Shown: one piece after another, positions 1 through 9,913 of the stretch
Numbering within the stretch: the first letter of the stretch is position 1
Layout: the number at the start of each line of letters is the position of its first letter
Origin: Rhizobium sp. Q54
GTDB taxonomy: Bacteria; Pseudomonadota; Alphaproteobacteria; UBA7879; VGCX01
DNA: 64,000 bases
NCBI GenBank assembly: GCA_945870825.1
Contig: CAMBTM010000003.1
Location: 5,290 to 69,289 of the forward strand
Direction: 5' to 3'
Notes under the pieces: model-generated
What the model saw: the letters and a program-made list of their open reading frames with translations, nothing else
Database searches by the model: none
Told to the model about the DNA's origin: nothing
Translations under genes and position numbers: made by a program

Positions 1-1404
1 CGTAACCACAACATTTTCTTCAGGCGTTACGGGAAGAAATATCTCTGGTTTCAGTTCCGTTTTAACATAGCCTTGCATCCGCCCAAAAACGGCTAAGTAA
101 GGATGAATCATTGCACTGATGCGGGTTCCTTTCCGGGGCTGAAGGCCACCGATAACATCAGAGTATTTCATGCCTAGGGGCAATCCAATAATACGGTAGA
201 TATTTTCGTTCTTACCGTTCTTTGCCACATTGTTGATTTCAAAAGATAAACCACCAGTTCCAACGAGTTGCGGCCCAAAGACTGGATATTGTACAAAAGA
301 TTTCATTTCAATGCCTTGTTTGGTATAGGCAGGCCATTCCCATTTTCCAGTTTTTACATTCGTTACCAAATCAAGATTTGTTGTTTGAAAATCGGGGAGA
401 AGAATGGAAACTTCCCCAGTTTTCTGTGTGGGGCCAACGTCAGCTCCCAGATTAATAATTTCCCCTCGTTCCATGAGGTTGCGACCTTCCCACTGTACTG
501 AATTGGTGAGTAGTTTTTTGGGTTGATAGTCTCCACCTATACTGTAATCACTTGGAAGACTGCCAACCAAGTTCACATAGATGTCCATAAATCCTTCAGG
601 GCTTACGGTTACACCATTGGTGATTTTAATCGTTTTGAAAAGACGGCTGTTATGAAGCGTTTGAATCGTTTCAATAATTTTTTCTCGGTTATAAATATCC
701 CCTTTTTTCCAAGCCAGTTTGCTTTGGATAAATTCAGCTTTTACCCCCCCACTATTTTCGATCACAATGTTTCCAAACCGCACAAGAGGACCTGTATCCA
801 GAAGAAGAGCCACATGCATTTCTTTTGTCGCCCGGTCAATGACCATACGATCTTCCTTGACTTTTGCCAAAGGCTGACCACGATCCTTTAAAAATCTGAT
901 AGTCTTATCAATAGCCGCTTTAATTTTATCCTTCTGGGCTGGCATGCCCATGTGAATCCCAACGCGTGAAATATTTTCAGCAATAAGGGGGATTTGCGGA
1001 TTATCTGAGGGATCTGATTTAATCTTAAAGGCCCCAAGGGTATAAAGTTTTCCAAGGTTAATTTTTAAATAAACCGTGACGGGAACCGTTGCAATCTCAA
1101 CGAAGAAGTCCATCTCTGCATCATAATACCCTTGATCTGCAAGAACCGTTTGCAAGTGTTTCATATCTTGAACAGCCAATTCTTTGAGTTCATTAATGGT
1201 TCTAGGCGGTGTTCCTTGGCCAGCCACAAGTTTTGAAGCCGATCTTAAAACTTTTCTGAGAGCTATATCATCTGCACCGTATATAAAGGTTTTATAGGAA
1301 ATGTAATGCCTTGGTGCAAGGAGTGATTGCTCTGCAAATGCAGAACCAAAAACCCCAAGGACTCCACAGAACAAAAGAAAAATGAAATGCTGTTTTTTAG
1401 ACAC
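1..1404 (-). CDS. Omp85/TamA-family outer membrane protein (POTRA repeats plus onset of beta-barrel); N-terminal ~468 aa, 3' end off-window
   Basis: Absent from the ORF track because its stop lies left of the window. Hand translation of the minus strand from GTG at 1404 gives VSKKQHFIFLLFCGVLGVFGSAFAEQ (signal peptide). The frame is unbroken down to base 1 (..GKLYTLGAFKIKSD.., ..TGPLVRFGNIVIENSGGVKAEFIQSKLAWKKGDIYNREKI.., ..WEGRNLMERGE..), a POTRA/surface-antigen pattern. Plus-strand ORFs 268-501 and 523-891 are its shadows. Confidence 0.7.
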   Translation of the reverse strand, partial: MSKKQHFIFLLFCGVLGVFGSAFAEQSLLAPRHYISYKTFIYGADDIALRKVLRSASKLVAGQGTPPRTINELKELAVQDMKHLQTVLADQGYYDAEMDFFVEIATVPVTVYLKINLGKLYTLGAFKIKSDPSDNPQIPLIAENISRVGIHMGMPAQKDKIKAAIDKTIRFLKDRGQPLAKVKEDRMVIDRATKEMHVALLLDTGPLVRFGNIVIENSGGVKAEFIQSKLAWKKGDIYNREKIIETIQTLHNSRLFKTIKITNGVTVSPEGFMDIYVNLVGSLPSDYSIGGDYQPKKLLTNSVQWEGRNLMERGEIINLGADVGPTQKTGEVSILLPDFQTTNLDLVTNVKTGKWEWPAYTKQGIEMKSFVQYPVFGPQLVGTGGLSFEINNVAKNGKNENIYRIIGLPLGMKYSDVIGGLQPRKGTRISAMIHPYLAVFGRMQGYVKTELKPEIFLPVTPEENVVVT

Positions 1405-1622
1405 CCTGCAACTACTTTTATTATTGTTATTACGCAATGATCCTATCATAGATTTTTTTAAAGCAAAAGGAGAAAGAATAAGGGGTTGTGAACCAAAGTT
1501 TGGTAGGAGTTTCTTGTTTTCTATTAACCAAAATCGATTGATATTTGGGGTAAATTCTTTTATAGTATCGGGGAAGTTTTGTTTTGTGCAAAACGTATAT
1601 TACTCACGATGAGGAGGAAAAA

Positions 1623-2366
1623 ATGCGTAATGATTTTCAAAAAAAGGGTTCTTTTCAGGCAGTTTATGAACGCGCTCAGTCTGATGCGGGGCTTCGTCAG
1701 TATCTTCTAAACGTTTACAACTATATGTTCTTAGGGCTTGGTGTCACAGCTGTGACGGCTTACTTCAGCCTTCGTCTCCCTGTTTTGCAAGCACTTTTGT
1801 TTAATGTTTCGCCAGAGGGGTATGCAAGTCCCAGTGGGTTTACATGGGTTTTGTTTTTTGCCCAGCTTGGTATTGTTTTCTATCTTGCATCCCGTGTTCA
1901 CACTATGTCTTTAAGTAAAGCCCAGGGTCTTTTCTGGCTTTATGCAGGACTTATGGGGATGAGTCTTGCACCCATCTGCTTTATGTACACAGGGGCTAGT
2001 CTTTTCCGGACGTTTTTGGTGACATCAGCGACCTTTGGAGGAATGAGTCTTTATGGGTATACGACTAAGCGTGATCTTTCAACCTTTAGTTCTTTCTTTA
2101 CCATGGGGCTTTTGGGCATGATGATCGCCATGGTTGTGAATATGTTCTTGCACAGTGCTCTGATGGACTTTGTTTTGTCAGCCTTTGGAGTTCTTTTGTT
2201 CACAGGACTTACAGCCTATGATACTCAACGGATTAAGGCCGTCTATTTTGAAGGGGACAGCACACAAGTGGCTGGACAAAAAGCTGTTTTGGGAGCGTTA
2301 ACGCTTTACCTTGATTTCATCAACCTCTTTTTGTTCATGCTGCGGTTTCTCGGAGATCGTCGTTAA
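1623..2366 (+). CDS. BAX inhibitor-1/YccA family integral membrane protein
   Basis: ORF 1584-2366. The ATG at 1623 is preceded by GAGGAGG (1611-1617). Multi-TM protein with ..GLRQYLLNVYNYMFLGLGVTAV.. and the C-terminal ..TAYDTQRIK...LTLYLDFINLFLFMLRFLG signature of UPF0005/BI-1. Confidence 0.85.
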   Translation: MRNDFQKKGSFQAVYERAQSDAGLRQYLLNVYNYMFLGLGVTAVTAYFSLRLPVLQALLFNVSPEGYASPSGFTWVLFFAQLGIVFYLASRVHTMSLSKAQGLFWLYAGLMGMSLAPICFMYTGASLFRTFLVTSATFGGMSLYGYTTKRDLSTFSSFFTMGLLGMMIAMVVNMFLHSALMDFVLSAFGVLLFTGLTAYDTQRIKAVYFEGDSTQVAGQKAVLGALTLYLDFINLFLFMLRFLGDRR

Positions 2367-2383
2367 GGTTAAATGATGCGTTG

Positions 2384-2938
2384 ATGGATATCAGCAGAAG
2401 ATACCTTTTTTTTAATCTAATAAAACAGCCCCAGGAAACGTATGAGTCCATGGGGCCTTTTACAGCCTATTATCTTAAAATTTATGATCAGCATGATGAA
2501 AAGGTCTGGTTCCTGAGTTGGAATTGGGTTGCTTTTTTCTCATCATTTTTTGGCGGTGAAATCCTTTGGCTTCTTTATCGACGGATGTACCTTTTTGCCT
2601 TTTTGATCTCTTTTTTAGGCCGTGGACTTTATGAACTGTTGACCTTTAAGGTAATTATACTGAGCCACAGTGCAGGGGGGCCTTTGCTCGCTAAAAGTAT
2701 CAATTGGATCTTTCGGTTAGGATTTACCTTTGGGTTTACGGTCATTGCGAATGCTCTTTATTTTTACTGGCTCAGCAAAAAGGTTGAACAAGGTGTCAAA
2801 AAGAAAGGGACAGATCCTTTCACGCCCATTATTTTCTTTATCATCCATGTCTATATCATGTTCGTTTTTCTGCCCGGGTTTCTTGCAAAAAATACAGAGA
2901 TTGCTACCTTGATTAAAAGTGTTTTGGGTGGGACTTAG
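2384..2938 (+). CDS. Small membrane protein, DUF2628-like
   Basis: ORF 2381-2938 (TTG at 2381, ATG at 2384). ..FLSWNWVAFFSSFFGGEILWLLYRRMY.. resembles the DUF2628 core (NWxAFFfgpxWxlYRkMw). The family assignment is from memory only. Confidence 0.45.
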   Translation: MDISRRYLFFNLIKQPQETYESMGPFTAYYLKIYDQHDEKVWFLSWNWVAFFSSFFGGEILWLLYRRMYLFAFLISFLGRGLYELLTFKVIILSHSAGGPLLAKSINWIFRLGFTFGFTVIANALYFYWLSKKVEQGVKKKGTDPFTPIIFFIIHVYIMFVFLPGFLAKNTEIATLIKSVLGGT

Positions 2939-2950
2939 GGCTTACCAGGC

Positions 2951-3391
2951 ATGCTGTTCTCTCTGTTAACATTTCCTTCCAGCCCCTATTTTATTGTTCC
3001 TGTTTTTCTATGGGGGTTGATATGGGGGAAACGCTGGGCGTTTATTTTAGCCCTGGTTCTTTTTTTCCTGTCAGCTCAGATTAATGTGCTGTTAAAAGAA
3101 TTCTTTCAAATTCCTATGAACCCTTCTTTAGGATTAGGGGACACATACGCTTTTCCAAGTGGGCATATACAAAATACGACTGTTCTTTGGGGGATTATTG
3201 CAGGGGCTTATAAAAAACCCCTCCTGGTAATTCTAATAACACTGATGATGCTATCCAATAGCTTTGCCATTTACAAGCTCGGCTATCACACCGTCATAGA
3301 AATTGTGGGAGGGGCTTATATAGGCCTCATTATTATGGCTGGGCTATTCCTTCTTCTTAGGCTTCGCAACGCCAACCATGGCAGGCCTTAA
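2951..3391 (+). CDS. PAP2-superfamily-like membrane protein (partly degenerate phosphatase motifs)
   Basis: 146 aa with 4-5 TM segments. PSGH is present (..YAFPSGHIQN..) and a C-terminal H-x3-E (..YHTVIEIVGG..). The K-x6-RP and SR motifs are not conserved. The 3' end overlaps the grpE 3' end by 48 bp (convergent). Confidence 0.5.
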   Translation: MLFSLLTFPSSPYFIVPVFLWGLIWGKRWAFILALVLFFLSAQINVLLKEFFQIPMNPSLGLGDTYAFPSGHIQNTTVLWGIIAGAYKKPLLVILITLMMLSNSFAIYKLGYHTVIEIVGGAYIGLIIMAGLFLLLRLRNANHGRP

Positions 3392-3859
3392 AAGGCGACC
3401 ATAGAGTTTGTATCCTCTTTGGAGAACCTGGACGACAGTCCCTTCCTCAGCGTCTGTTTCTTCAATCTCAAACATGGCTTGATGGTCGTGATGGTTAAAT
3501 TTTTCCCCTTGGGGGTTTAAAACTTCAATCTTATGTTTTTCAAACGTCTTCATCAAATCAGCTTCTGTCATGGAAACCCCTTCATAAAGGGTCTTTAAGG
3601 TATCATTATCTTTTAATGTTTCACGTGAAACACTTTCTAAGGCCCGCAGCAAATTGTCACTGACAGGCAAAAGATCGCGTGCAAAACTGGTAATTGCGAA
3701 CTTTAAGGATTCATCACGGTCTCGCTCAAAGCGCTTTCGATCGTTCTCAAGGTCGGCGAGAGCACGAAACAAGCGATCTTTGAGATCAGCATTTTCTTTT
3801 TGAAGCACATCGTCAGAATTTTCTTTGATGTCTTCGATGATTTCTTTTTCGTTGTCCAT
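3344..3859 (-). CDS. grpE: Nucleotide exchange factor GrpE
   Basis: 171 aa. ..LKDRLFRALADLENDRKRFERD.. coiled-coil followed by ..VVQVLQRGYKLYGRLLRPAMVGVAK.. C-terminal beta domain. Immediately downstream of hrcA. Confidence 0.95.
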   Translation of the reverse strand: MDNEKEIIEDIKENSDDVLQKENADLKDRLFRALADLENDRKRFERDRDESLKFAITSFARDLLPVSDNLLRALESVSRETLKDNDTLKTLYEGVSMTEADLMKTFEKHKIEVLNPQGEKFNHHDHQAMFEIEETDAEEGTVVQVLQRGYKLYGRLLRPAMVGVAKPKKKE

Positions 3860-3867
3860 TTTTTCCT

Positions 3868-4923
3868 CTAATCTAATAATCGGCTGATGACCTTGGCCGT
3901 ATAATCGACCATGGGAATGATACGTCCATAGTTGATTCGGGTTGGCCCAATAACACCTAAGGCTCCTATAACATTTCCCTGCGTATTTTCAAAGGGAGAA
4001 AGTACGAGAGAACAGCCTGTCATTTCAAATAATTTGTTTTCAGATCCAATAAAAATCTGGACACCCGCCCCGTCTAAGGAGGCCTCCAAAAGGCTCATGA
4101 GATTTTCTTTTGTTTCAAGGACTGAAAAGATATGACGAATACGTTCAAGATCTTCAACACTGTCCACATCATTGAGAAGGTGAGATTGTCCATGGACGAT
4201 TAAAGATTCTGAATCTCCCATTTTAGACCAACCTGCAAGGCCTTTATCAATAATGTCATAAGCAAGAGCATCAAGGGCAGCCTTGTGGGATGCCAGTTCT
4301 TTTCTGATGTGCCCAATGGCATCATTGAGGGTTAAATTGTTGAGTTTATGATTGAGATAATTTCCTGCTTCTACCAAGACAGAAGGCGGCATACCTGCGG
4401 GTGTTTTAATGATACGATTTTCAACTTGCCCATCGGTTGTGACAAGAATAGCCAGAGCCTGGGTTGGTGTAATTTGAATAAATTCTATATGTTTAATCCG
4501 CTGGTCACTTTTTGGTGCAATAACAATACTCGCACATTCGGAAAGTCCTGATAAAATGGAACTGGCCTCTTTCAAGACATTGGCTGTGTCAATGCCTCGT
4601 TCTGTACAAGCAATTTCGATACGGTGTTGATCTTCAAGTGTAATGTTACCTTGTTCTAGAATCCCATTGACGAAAAACCGCAACCCCTGGTCTGTGGGGA
4701 GTCTTCCAGCAGACGTATGAGGGGAATAAAGGTACCCTAAAGTCTCCAGCTGTGCCATGATGTTGCGAATGGTTGCAGACGATAATTGGTGGTCTAATTT
4801 CAAGGCCAATGTTTTCGAACCAACAGGTTCCCCTGTTTCAAAAAAAGCATCCACAATATGCTTAAAAATATCTAATGTTCTTTTATCAAGAGGGATCATT
4901 AAAAATCTACTTTCACCTTCCAA
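3868..4923 (-). CDS. hrcA: Heat-inducible transcription repressor HrcA
   Basis: 351 aa. N-terminal winged helix ..IFKHIVDAFFETGEPVGSKTLA.., ..IRNIMAQLETLGYLYSPHTSAGRLPT... The start could instead be the ATG at 4899 (MIPLDKR..). Confidence 0.95.
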   Translation of the reverse strand: MEGESRFLMIPLDKRTLDIFKHIVDAFFETGEPVGSKTLALKLDHQLSSATIRNIMAQLETLGYLYSPHTSAGRLPTDQGLRFFVNGILEQGNITLEDQHRIEIACTERGIDTANVLKEASSILSGLSECASIVIAPKSDQRIKHIEFIQITPTQALAILVTTDGQVENRIIKTPAGMPPSVLVEAGNYLNHKLNNLTLNDAIGHIRKELASHKAALDALAYDIIDKGLAGWSKMGDSESLIVHGQSHLLNDVDSVEDLERIRHIFSVLETKENLMSLLEASLDGAGVQIFIGSENKLFEMTGCSLVLSPFENTQGNVIGALGVIGPTRINYGRIIPMVDYTAKVISRLLD

Positions 4924-4992
4924 GATTCTCAGTTAGAGTTCGTTTCTATAATGTAGACTTAGCTACCATAAACGTCAATAAAAGGAACCATC

Positions 4993-5727
4993 ATGCGCCC
5001 ATCTGGCAGAAAAAAAAATGTCCTTCGCACTGTTGTATTAGAACCCCATTATTCTAAGCATGCAGAGGGATCCTGTTTAATCAAAATGGGAGACACGCAT
5101 GTTTTATGCACAGCAAGCTTAGAGGAAAAAGTTCCTCCTTTTTTACGCAATAGTGGGACAGGGTGGATTACGGCAGAGTATGGCATGTTGCCACGGTCCA
5201 CAACAACACGGGTTGACCGAGAGGCGGCCAAGGGCAAACAATCAGGGCGTACCCAAGAAATTCAACGTCTTATAGGCCGGGCCTTGCGCGCAGTAATTGA
5301 TCTAAAAGCACTGGGGGAACGTCAAATTAAAATCGACTGTGATGTGATTCAAGCGGATGGTGGCACACGCACGGCATCGATTACGGGGGCTTATGTGGCC
5401 CTTCATTTAGCGTTAGCAAAGATGGTGAGTGATGGTGTTATTAAAACCTTGCCGCTCATTGATTCAGTCGCCGCTGTTTCATGTGGTATTTATAAAGGTG
5501 ATGTGATTTTGGATCTTGATTATGCAGAAGATAGTGAGGCTGAAACAGACGCTAACTTTGTGCTGACAGGCAAAGGAAAACTCATTGAAATTCAAGCAAC
5601 CGCTGAGAAAGCACCTTTTGAAGAAACCCATCTTCTTGAGATGTTAAATCTTGCCAAAGAAGGCATCAAAGTGCTTGTGCAAAAGCAACTTGTAGCGATT
5701 ATGAGTCCGCGTAGTGTTGCCCCTTAA
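4993..5727 (+). CDS. rph: Ribonuclease PH
   Basis: 244 aa. [74 protein letters not shown]. Confidence 0.95.
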   Translation: MRPSGRKKNVLRTVVLEPHYSKHAEGSCLIKMGDTHVLCTASLEEKVPPFLRNSGTGWITAEYGMLPRSTTTRVDREAAKGKQSGRTQEIQRLIGRALRAVIDLKALGERQIKIDCDVIQADGGTRTASITGAYVALHLALAKMVSDGVIKTLPLIDSVAAVSCGIYKGDVILDLDYAEDSEAETDANFVLTGKGKLIEIQATAEKAPFEETHLLEMLNLAKEGIKVLVQKQLVAIMSPRSVAP

Positions 5728-6880
5728 AAAACCACTCGCCCTTTATATCCATTGGCCTTTTTGTCTTTCTAAATGTCCTTACTGTGATTTTAATAGTCAT
5801 GTGAGAGAGTCTATTGATATTGATCTTTGGAAGAAGGCTTTGTTGGCAGATCTTCAAAGTTTTGCGGCACATACTGAGAATTTTAAAGTTTCCAGTATTT
5901 TCTTTGGAGGTGGTACGCCTTCTTTGATGCCTCCTCCTTTGGTTGAGTCTTTGCTCAAGGCTATTGCAGCGCAGTATACCCTATCATCCCATGTAGAAAT
6001 TACTCTTGAAGCCAACCCCACATCTGTGGAGATTGATAATTTTCAAGCATTAAGCAGCGCTGGGATTAATCGACTTTCGCTAGGCGTGCAATCCTTGAAT
6101 GCAAAGGACTTGAAATTTTTAGGGCGGACACATTCTTTGGAAGATGCCTTAAGAGCCATCCATATCTCAGATCAGTTTTTTAAACGGCGTTCGTTTGATT
6201 TAATCTATACCCTTCCTGGTCAATCCATTGATATGTGGCAAACGGAATTAGAAAAAGCCCTGGGCCTTGCGGGCGATCACTTATCGCTGTATCAACTGAC
6301 TATCGAACAGGGAACACCTTTTTACCTAGCCCATCATCGGGGTGATTTTCAAATGGCATCCGAGGATATCAGTGATACATTTTTTGAATGGACCCACGGG
6401 TTTATGAAGGACCGGGGGTATCCTGCTTACGAAGTCTCCAATTTTGCAAAACCGGGCCAAGAATGTCAGCACAATAAGCATTACTGGTTCTATGATGATT
6501 ATATTGGCATTGGCCCGGGCGCTCATAGTCGTTTAACCATCGATGGTAAAAAGCATGCGCTCCGTCGGCATCGGTCCCCTGAAGAATGGCTCAAGATTGT
6601 TGAAGATCGGGGGAATGGGATGCATAAGGACGTGATTATTGAAGGGCATACCCTTGTGGAAGAATACCTGATGATGCGTATGCGGTTGGTAGAGGGATTT
6701 TCTTTAGAGGCATTTTTGGAAAAAACAGGACAGAACTTATTTGATTGTATTCCAGAACAACGCTTTAGGGCATTAGAAACCGAGGGTCTTTTAACCATTA
6801 ATAACACAATCACACCAACGTTCAGTGGACTCAAAAAATTAAATGCCCTCCTGGGCTTTCTTTTGAAAGAGAAAATTTAG
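5714..6880 (+). CDS. hemW: Radical SAM heme chaperone HemW (HemN-like, oxygen-independent coproporphyrinogen oxidase family)
   Basis: 388 aa. ..[19 protein letters not shown].. (CxxxCxxC), ..[10 protein letters not shown].., HemN_C-like tail. Overlaps the rph end by 14 bp. Confidence 0.9.
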   Translation: MLPLKKPLALYIHWPFCLSKCPYCDFNSHVRESIDIDLWKKALLADLQSFAAHTENFKVSSIFFGGGTPSLMPPPLVESLLKAIAAQYTLSSHVEITLEANPTSVEIDNFQALSSAGINRLSLGVQSLNAKDLKFLGRTHSLEDALRAIHISDQFFKRRSFDLIYTLPGQSIDMWQTELEKALGLAGDHLSLYQLTIEQGTPFYLAHHRGDFQMASEDISDTFFEWTHGFMKDRGYPAYEVSNFAKPGQECQHNKHYWFYDDYIGIGPGAHSRLTIDGKKHALRRHRSPEEWLKIVEDRGNGMHKDVIIEGHTLVEEYLMMRMRLVEGFSLEAFLEKTGQNLFDCIPEQRFRALETEGLLTINNTITPTFSGLKKLNALLGFLLKEKI

Positions 6881-6882
6881 CG

Positions 6883-7395
6883 TTAGGACGCTGCGTGTTT
6901 TCCAACTTCCATATCAATTTCATCTTGGGTACAAAGACCCATTTCAATGGGGCTACGTGGGTGGATATGTTGAATATTCCAATGATTGCGGGTACGGATT
7001 TTTTCAATAGTGTTCTTTGTGGTGCCGACAAGCTTAATAATCTGAGCATCACTTAGTTCTGCATGATGGCGCAAAAGCCAAATAACCGCATCGGGCTTGT
7101 CTTGTCTTTTGGCGATAGGGACATAACGGGCCCCTGGAGAACGCCGATATTTCTCGTTTGATTCCCCAAGAAGTGTCAAGGAACGTGTTGGATCTTTCTG
7201 ACATAGTTCAATTTCATCTTGGGTTAATTGGCCTTGGGCCACAGGATTAATACCAAGCATATTCACGTCACCATCCGCCATGGCCTGTATTTCTAAGACA
7301 TGGAGATGACAAAAATTCGCAATTTGTTCAAAGCTTAAGGTGGTATTATCCACAAGCCATGCTGCTGTTGATTTGGGCATTAAAGGAACTGCCAT
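6883..7395 (-). CDS. DUF1013 protein (alphaproteobacterial TrcR-like cell-cycle regulator family)
   Basis: ORF 6883-7422. The ATG at 7395 (MAVPLMPKSTAAWLVDNTTLSFEQIANFCHLH..) has AGGAGG upstream. The N-terminus matches the conserved DUF1013 opening MxLPLMPKATAxWLVDNT. Confidence 0.8.
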   Translation of the reverse strand: MAVPLMPKSTAAWLVDNTTLSFEQIANFCHLHVLEIQAMADGDVNMLGINPVAQGQLTQDEIELCQKDPTRSLTLLGESNEKYRRSPGARYVPIAKRQDKPDAVIWLLRHHAELSDAQIIKLVGTTKNTIEKIRTRNHWNIQHIHPRSPIEMGLCTQDEIDMEVGKHAAS

Positions 7396-7472
7396 GCTAT
7401 ATCCTCCTGTAAAAAAACTCATTGCATTCTAGCTGTAATACCTTGTGGCGGTAAAGCGTTTATTCATCACTG

Positions 7473-8591
7473 TTACTCGTCACCAAGGGAAATCCCAAGA
7501 CCTCGGGCTGTTGCGACAAGGCTTCCGTCCAAGTCCACACGTTGGTAAGACCCAATGGCCTCTTTCAAAGGTAAATCTGTGACAGATCTATTTTGCCACG
7601 CAACCATGCGGCCAAATTTCCCTTCCGCCACTAATTCAACAGCTTTTACCCCAAAGGCAGCAGCCATAATGCGGTCATTGGCAATGGGTTGTCCACCACG
7701 CTGAATATGTCCTAAAGCCATGGATCGGGTTTCTACATTCATTATCTCATTCAACTTGCGGCTAATGAAATCCCCAATCCCACCATAACGCTCAGACCCA
7801 TCTTGGTAGGTGACCATCAACGGATCCAGGTCTTCCATATGGGCCGATTCTGCAACAACCACCAAAGAAAAATTGCGCCCTTTTTGGATAACGGACTGAA
7901 TTTTATGGGTAATGTGTTTAAGGTTAAAAGGGATTTCTGGGATCAAGATAACATCAGCGCCTCCTGCAATCCCAGCGTTTAAAGCAATATGTCCTGCATC
8001 ACGCCCCATGACTTCAAGGATCATGACACGATCATGACTGGCGGCTGTGGGTTGAAGGCCATCAAGGGCATAGGTTGCAACTTCAACCGCGGTTGAAAAT
8101 CCGATGGATTCTGTGTGACTGATATCATTATCAATCGTCTTTGGAATGCCGACCAGGTTAATATTGCCTTGCTCGGCTAATTGACTCATGATTTTAAGAC
8201 CCCCATCTCCGCCAACAGCGATCAACGCATCAAGACCAAGTTTATGAAAGGTATCAATAGCTTTTTGAGAACAATCCTCAAAAGTGCCATCTTCTTTCTT
8301 ATAAGAAAAAGGATTACCTTTGCTGGTGGACCCAAGAATCGTTCCTCCCATTCGCAAAAGAGCATGGCCGATGCCTTTAAAATTCACATCCAATTTTTCA
8401 ACCATAGGGGGATCTGTCAGAAGACCAACGGTTCCGTTGCGAATCCCGTAGACTTCCCACCCATGCTTTAAAATAGCACACTGTGTGACAGAACGAATGA
8501 CGGCATTCAATCCCGCACAATCGCCACCACACGTTAAAATTCCTATCCTTTTCACTTGAACCTCATGAGTCTTTTGCCTTAAAGTGAACAT
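7473..8591 (-). CDS. 6-phosphofructokinase (PfkA family; phosphoryl donor ATP or PPi not resolvable)
   Basis: 372 aa. ..IGILTCGGDCAGLNAVIRS.., ..AVGGDGGLK.., ..GIPKTIDNDI.., ..MGRDAGHIAL.., ..LGHIQRGG.. Confidence 0.9.
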   Translation of the reverse strand: MFTLRQKTHEVQVKRIGILTCGGDCAGLNAVIRSVTQCAILKHGWEVYGIRNGTVGLLTDPPMVEKLDVNFKGIGHALLRMGGTILGSTSKGNPFSYKKEDGTFEDCSQKAIDTFHKLGLDALIAVGGDGGLKIMSQLAEQGNINLVGIPKTIDNDISHTESIGFSTAVEVATYALDGLQPTAASHDRVMILEVMGRDAGHIALNAGIAGGADVILIPEIPFNLKHITHKIQSVIQKGRNFSLVVVAESAHMEDLDPLMVTYQDGSERYGGIGDFISRKLNEIMNVETRSMALGHIQRGGQPIANDRIMAAAFGVKAVELVAEGKFGRMVAWQNRSVTDLPLKEAIGSYQRVDLDGSLVATARGLGISLGDE

Positions 8592-8593
8592 CG

Positions 8594-9895
8594 TTGCCTT
8601 TCTTATATCATCTTTTTAGAATGGATAAAATGACATTCACATCCTACCCTATTATTCTTTATCTTACATTTTTTAGTCTTCCTTTGGTTGCAACCCTTAA
8701 GGGAAAGGGGACTGTTGTTTTGGTGTGCCTCCTGTTGATTGTTCATGGTAAAACACTTTGGACCCATCGGTATCAGGCATTCAAAGATTTGGTGCTCCGG
8801 GTTAAAAATCCTGTGGGCCTTTGTGCCGTGTCTTTCGCAGCGTGGTGTTTTCTGAGCACTCTTTGGGCCCCTGATATGGGTAAGGCTTTTCTTGATGCGG
8901 CACGGTATCTTATTTTGATAGTAGCGGGTCTCTTAGTTTATGGGGGTGTACAACACGAAACAGCGTCGAGAAAACAAATCTTCTTTAAGGCTTTTTATGG
9001 GGGATTCCTATTTTACGCAGTTTTTTTTCTTGTAGAGATTTATATTTTTCCGATCGCGACTAAGCTTTATATCAATGGAGCATATTTTAGCAAAACCCTC
9101 TTTATTAAAGGCTTTGTGAATTTTTGTTTTCTCTTTTGGCCGTTTCTTTTGATTCTTTTGCAGAAGAATTCAAAAATTGCATCTTGGAAGGTTATTCTTA
9201 TACCTAGTTTTATTCTCATGGCAGTTCTTTTAAAAACAGGGCCTCATGCCGCGCTTTTTGGGATATTGTTAGGGACTATGGGGGCTCTTTCTATCAACCG
9301 ATTCCCAAAAGCGCCTTATGTTGCAGCTTTTTTGTTTACACTTTTTTCCCTTTCAACGCCGTGGCTTTTTACAAAAATAGTTAATCAAAAAACACTGGGG
9401 GATAATTTCCATTATATTGCTGGCAGTTATCAACATCGCCTTTTAATGTGGGAAAGACTGGGGGAAGAAACGTTGAAAAATCCTCTTATCGGGCAAGGAT
9501 TCGAAGCATCGACCACGTTTCCAAAAGGGGATATTGTTAGAATTATTGTGAAAAAGCCTATTTTTGATTTTTCTTCAAGACAAGTGACCTCAATTATTGC
9601 CAATGACGGAATTGACAATATCTTTTCTACCCATCCCCACAACGGCATTGTCCAAATATGGGTGGACATGGGCTTTATTGGCATTATCCTTATTTTGAGT
9701 GTCTTGTGGGCCGTGACCCATGCTATAACACGCATTCAAAGCCCTTTAGAACGATCGTGTCTTTTTGGGTTCCTTCTGTTTTATGAGGTTATCCATTTGG
9801 TGGGATTTGGCCTTTGGCAAAAATGGATTGGGGCCAGTATAATTCTTTCTCTTTTATGCTTTTCTGTGGTAAAGAATCGTCAATGTTGGGTTTAA
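8594..9895 (+). CDS. O-antigen ligase (Wzy_C/RfaL-like) family membrane protein
   Basis: 433 aa polytopic protein. Periplasmic loop motif ..FSTHPHNGIVQIWVDMGFIGIILIL.. (H-x-HN..lq...e.G..G). Starts at TTG 8594; an alternative ATG is at 8621. Confidence 0.75.
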   Translation: MPFLYHLFRMDKMTFTSYPIILYLTFFSLPLVATLKGKGTVVLVCLLLIVHGKTLWTHRYQAFKDLVLRVKNPVGLCAVSFAAWCFLSTLWAPDMGKAFLDAARYLILIVAGLLVYGGVQHETASRKQIFFKAFYGGFLFYAVFFLVEIYIFPIATKLYINGAYFSKTLFIKGFVNFCFLFWPFLLILLQKNSKIASWKVILIPSFILMAVLLKTGPHAALFGILLGTMGALSINRFPKAPYVAAFLFTLFSLSTPWLFTKIVNQKTLGDNFHYIAGSYQHRLLMWERLGEETLKNPLIGQGFEASTTFPKGDIVRIIVKKPIFDFSSRQVTSIIANDGIDNIFSTHPHNGIVQIWVDMGFIGIILILSVLWAVTHAITRIQSPLERSCLFGFLLFYEVIHLVGFGLWQKWIGASIILSLLCFSVVKNRQCWV

Positions 9896-9913
9896 AGAGA
9901 GTATGTCATTATT

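Noticed and set aside
268-891. Plus-strand ORFs 268-501 and 523-891 from the track
   Set aside because: They lie antisense within the long uninterrupted minus-strand TamA/Omp85-family frame (1-1404). Their peptides are low-complexity, with no motif.
4900-4992. Possible CIRCE operator upstream of hrcA (ttagagttc gtttctata atgtagact)
   Set aside because: Only about 6/9 matches in the left half, and no recognisable GAGTGCTAA right half on either strand.
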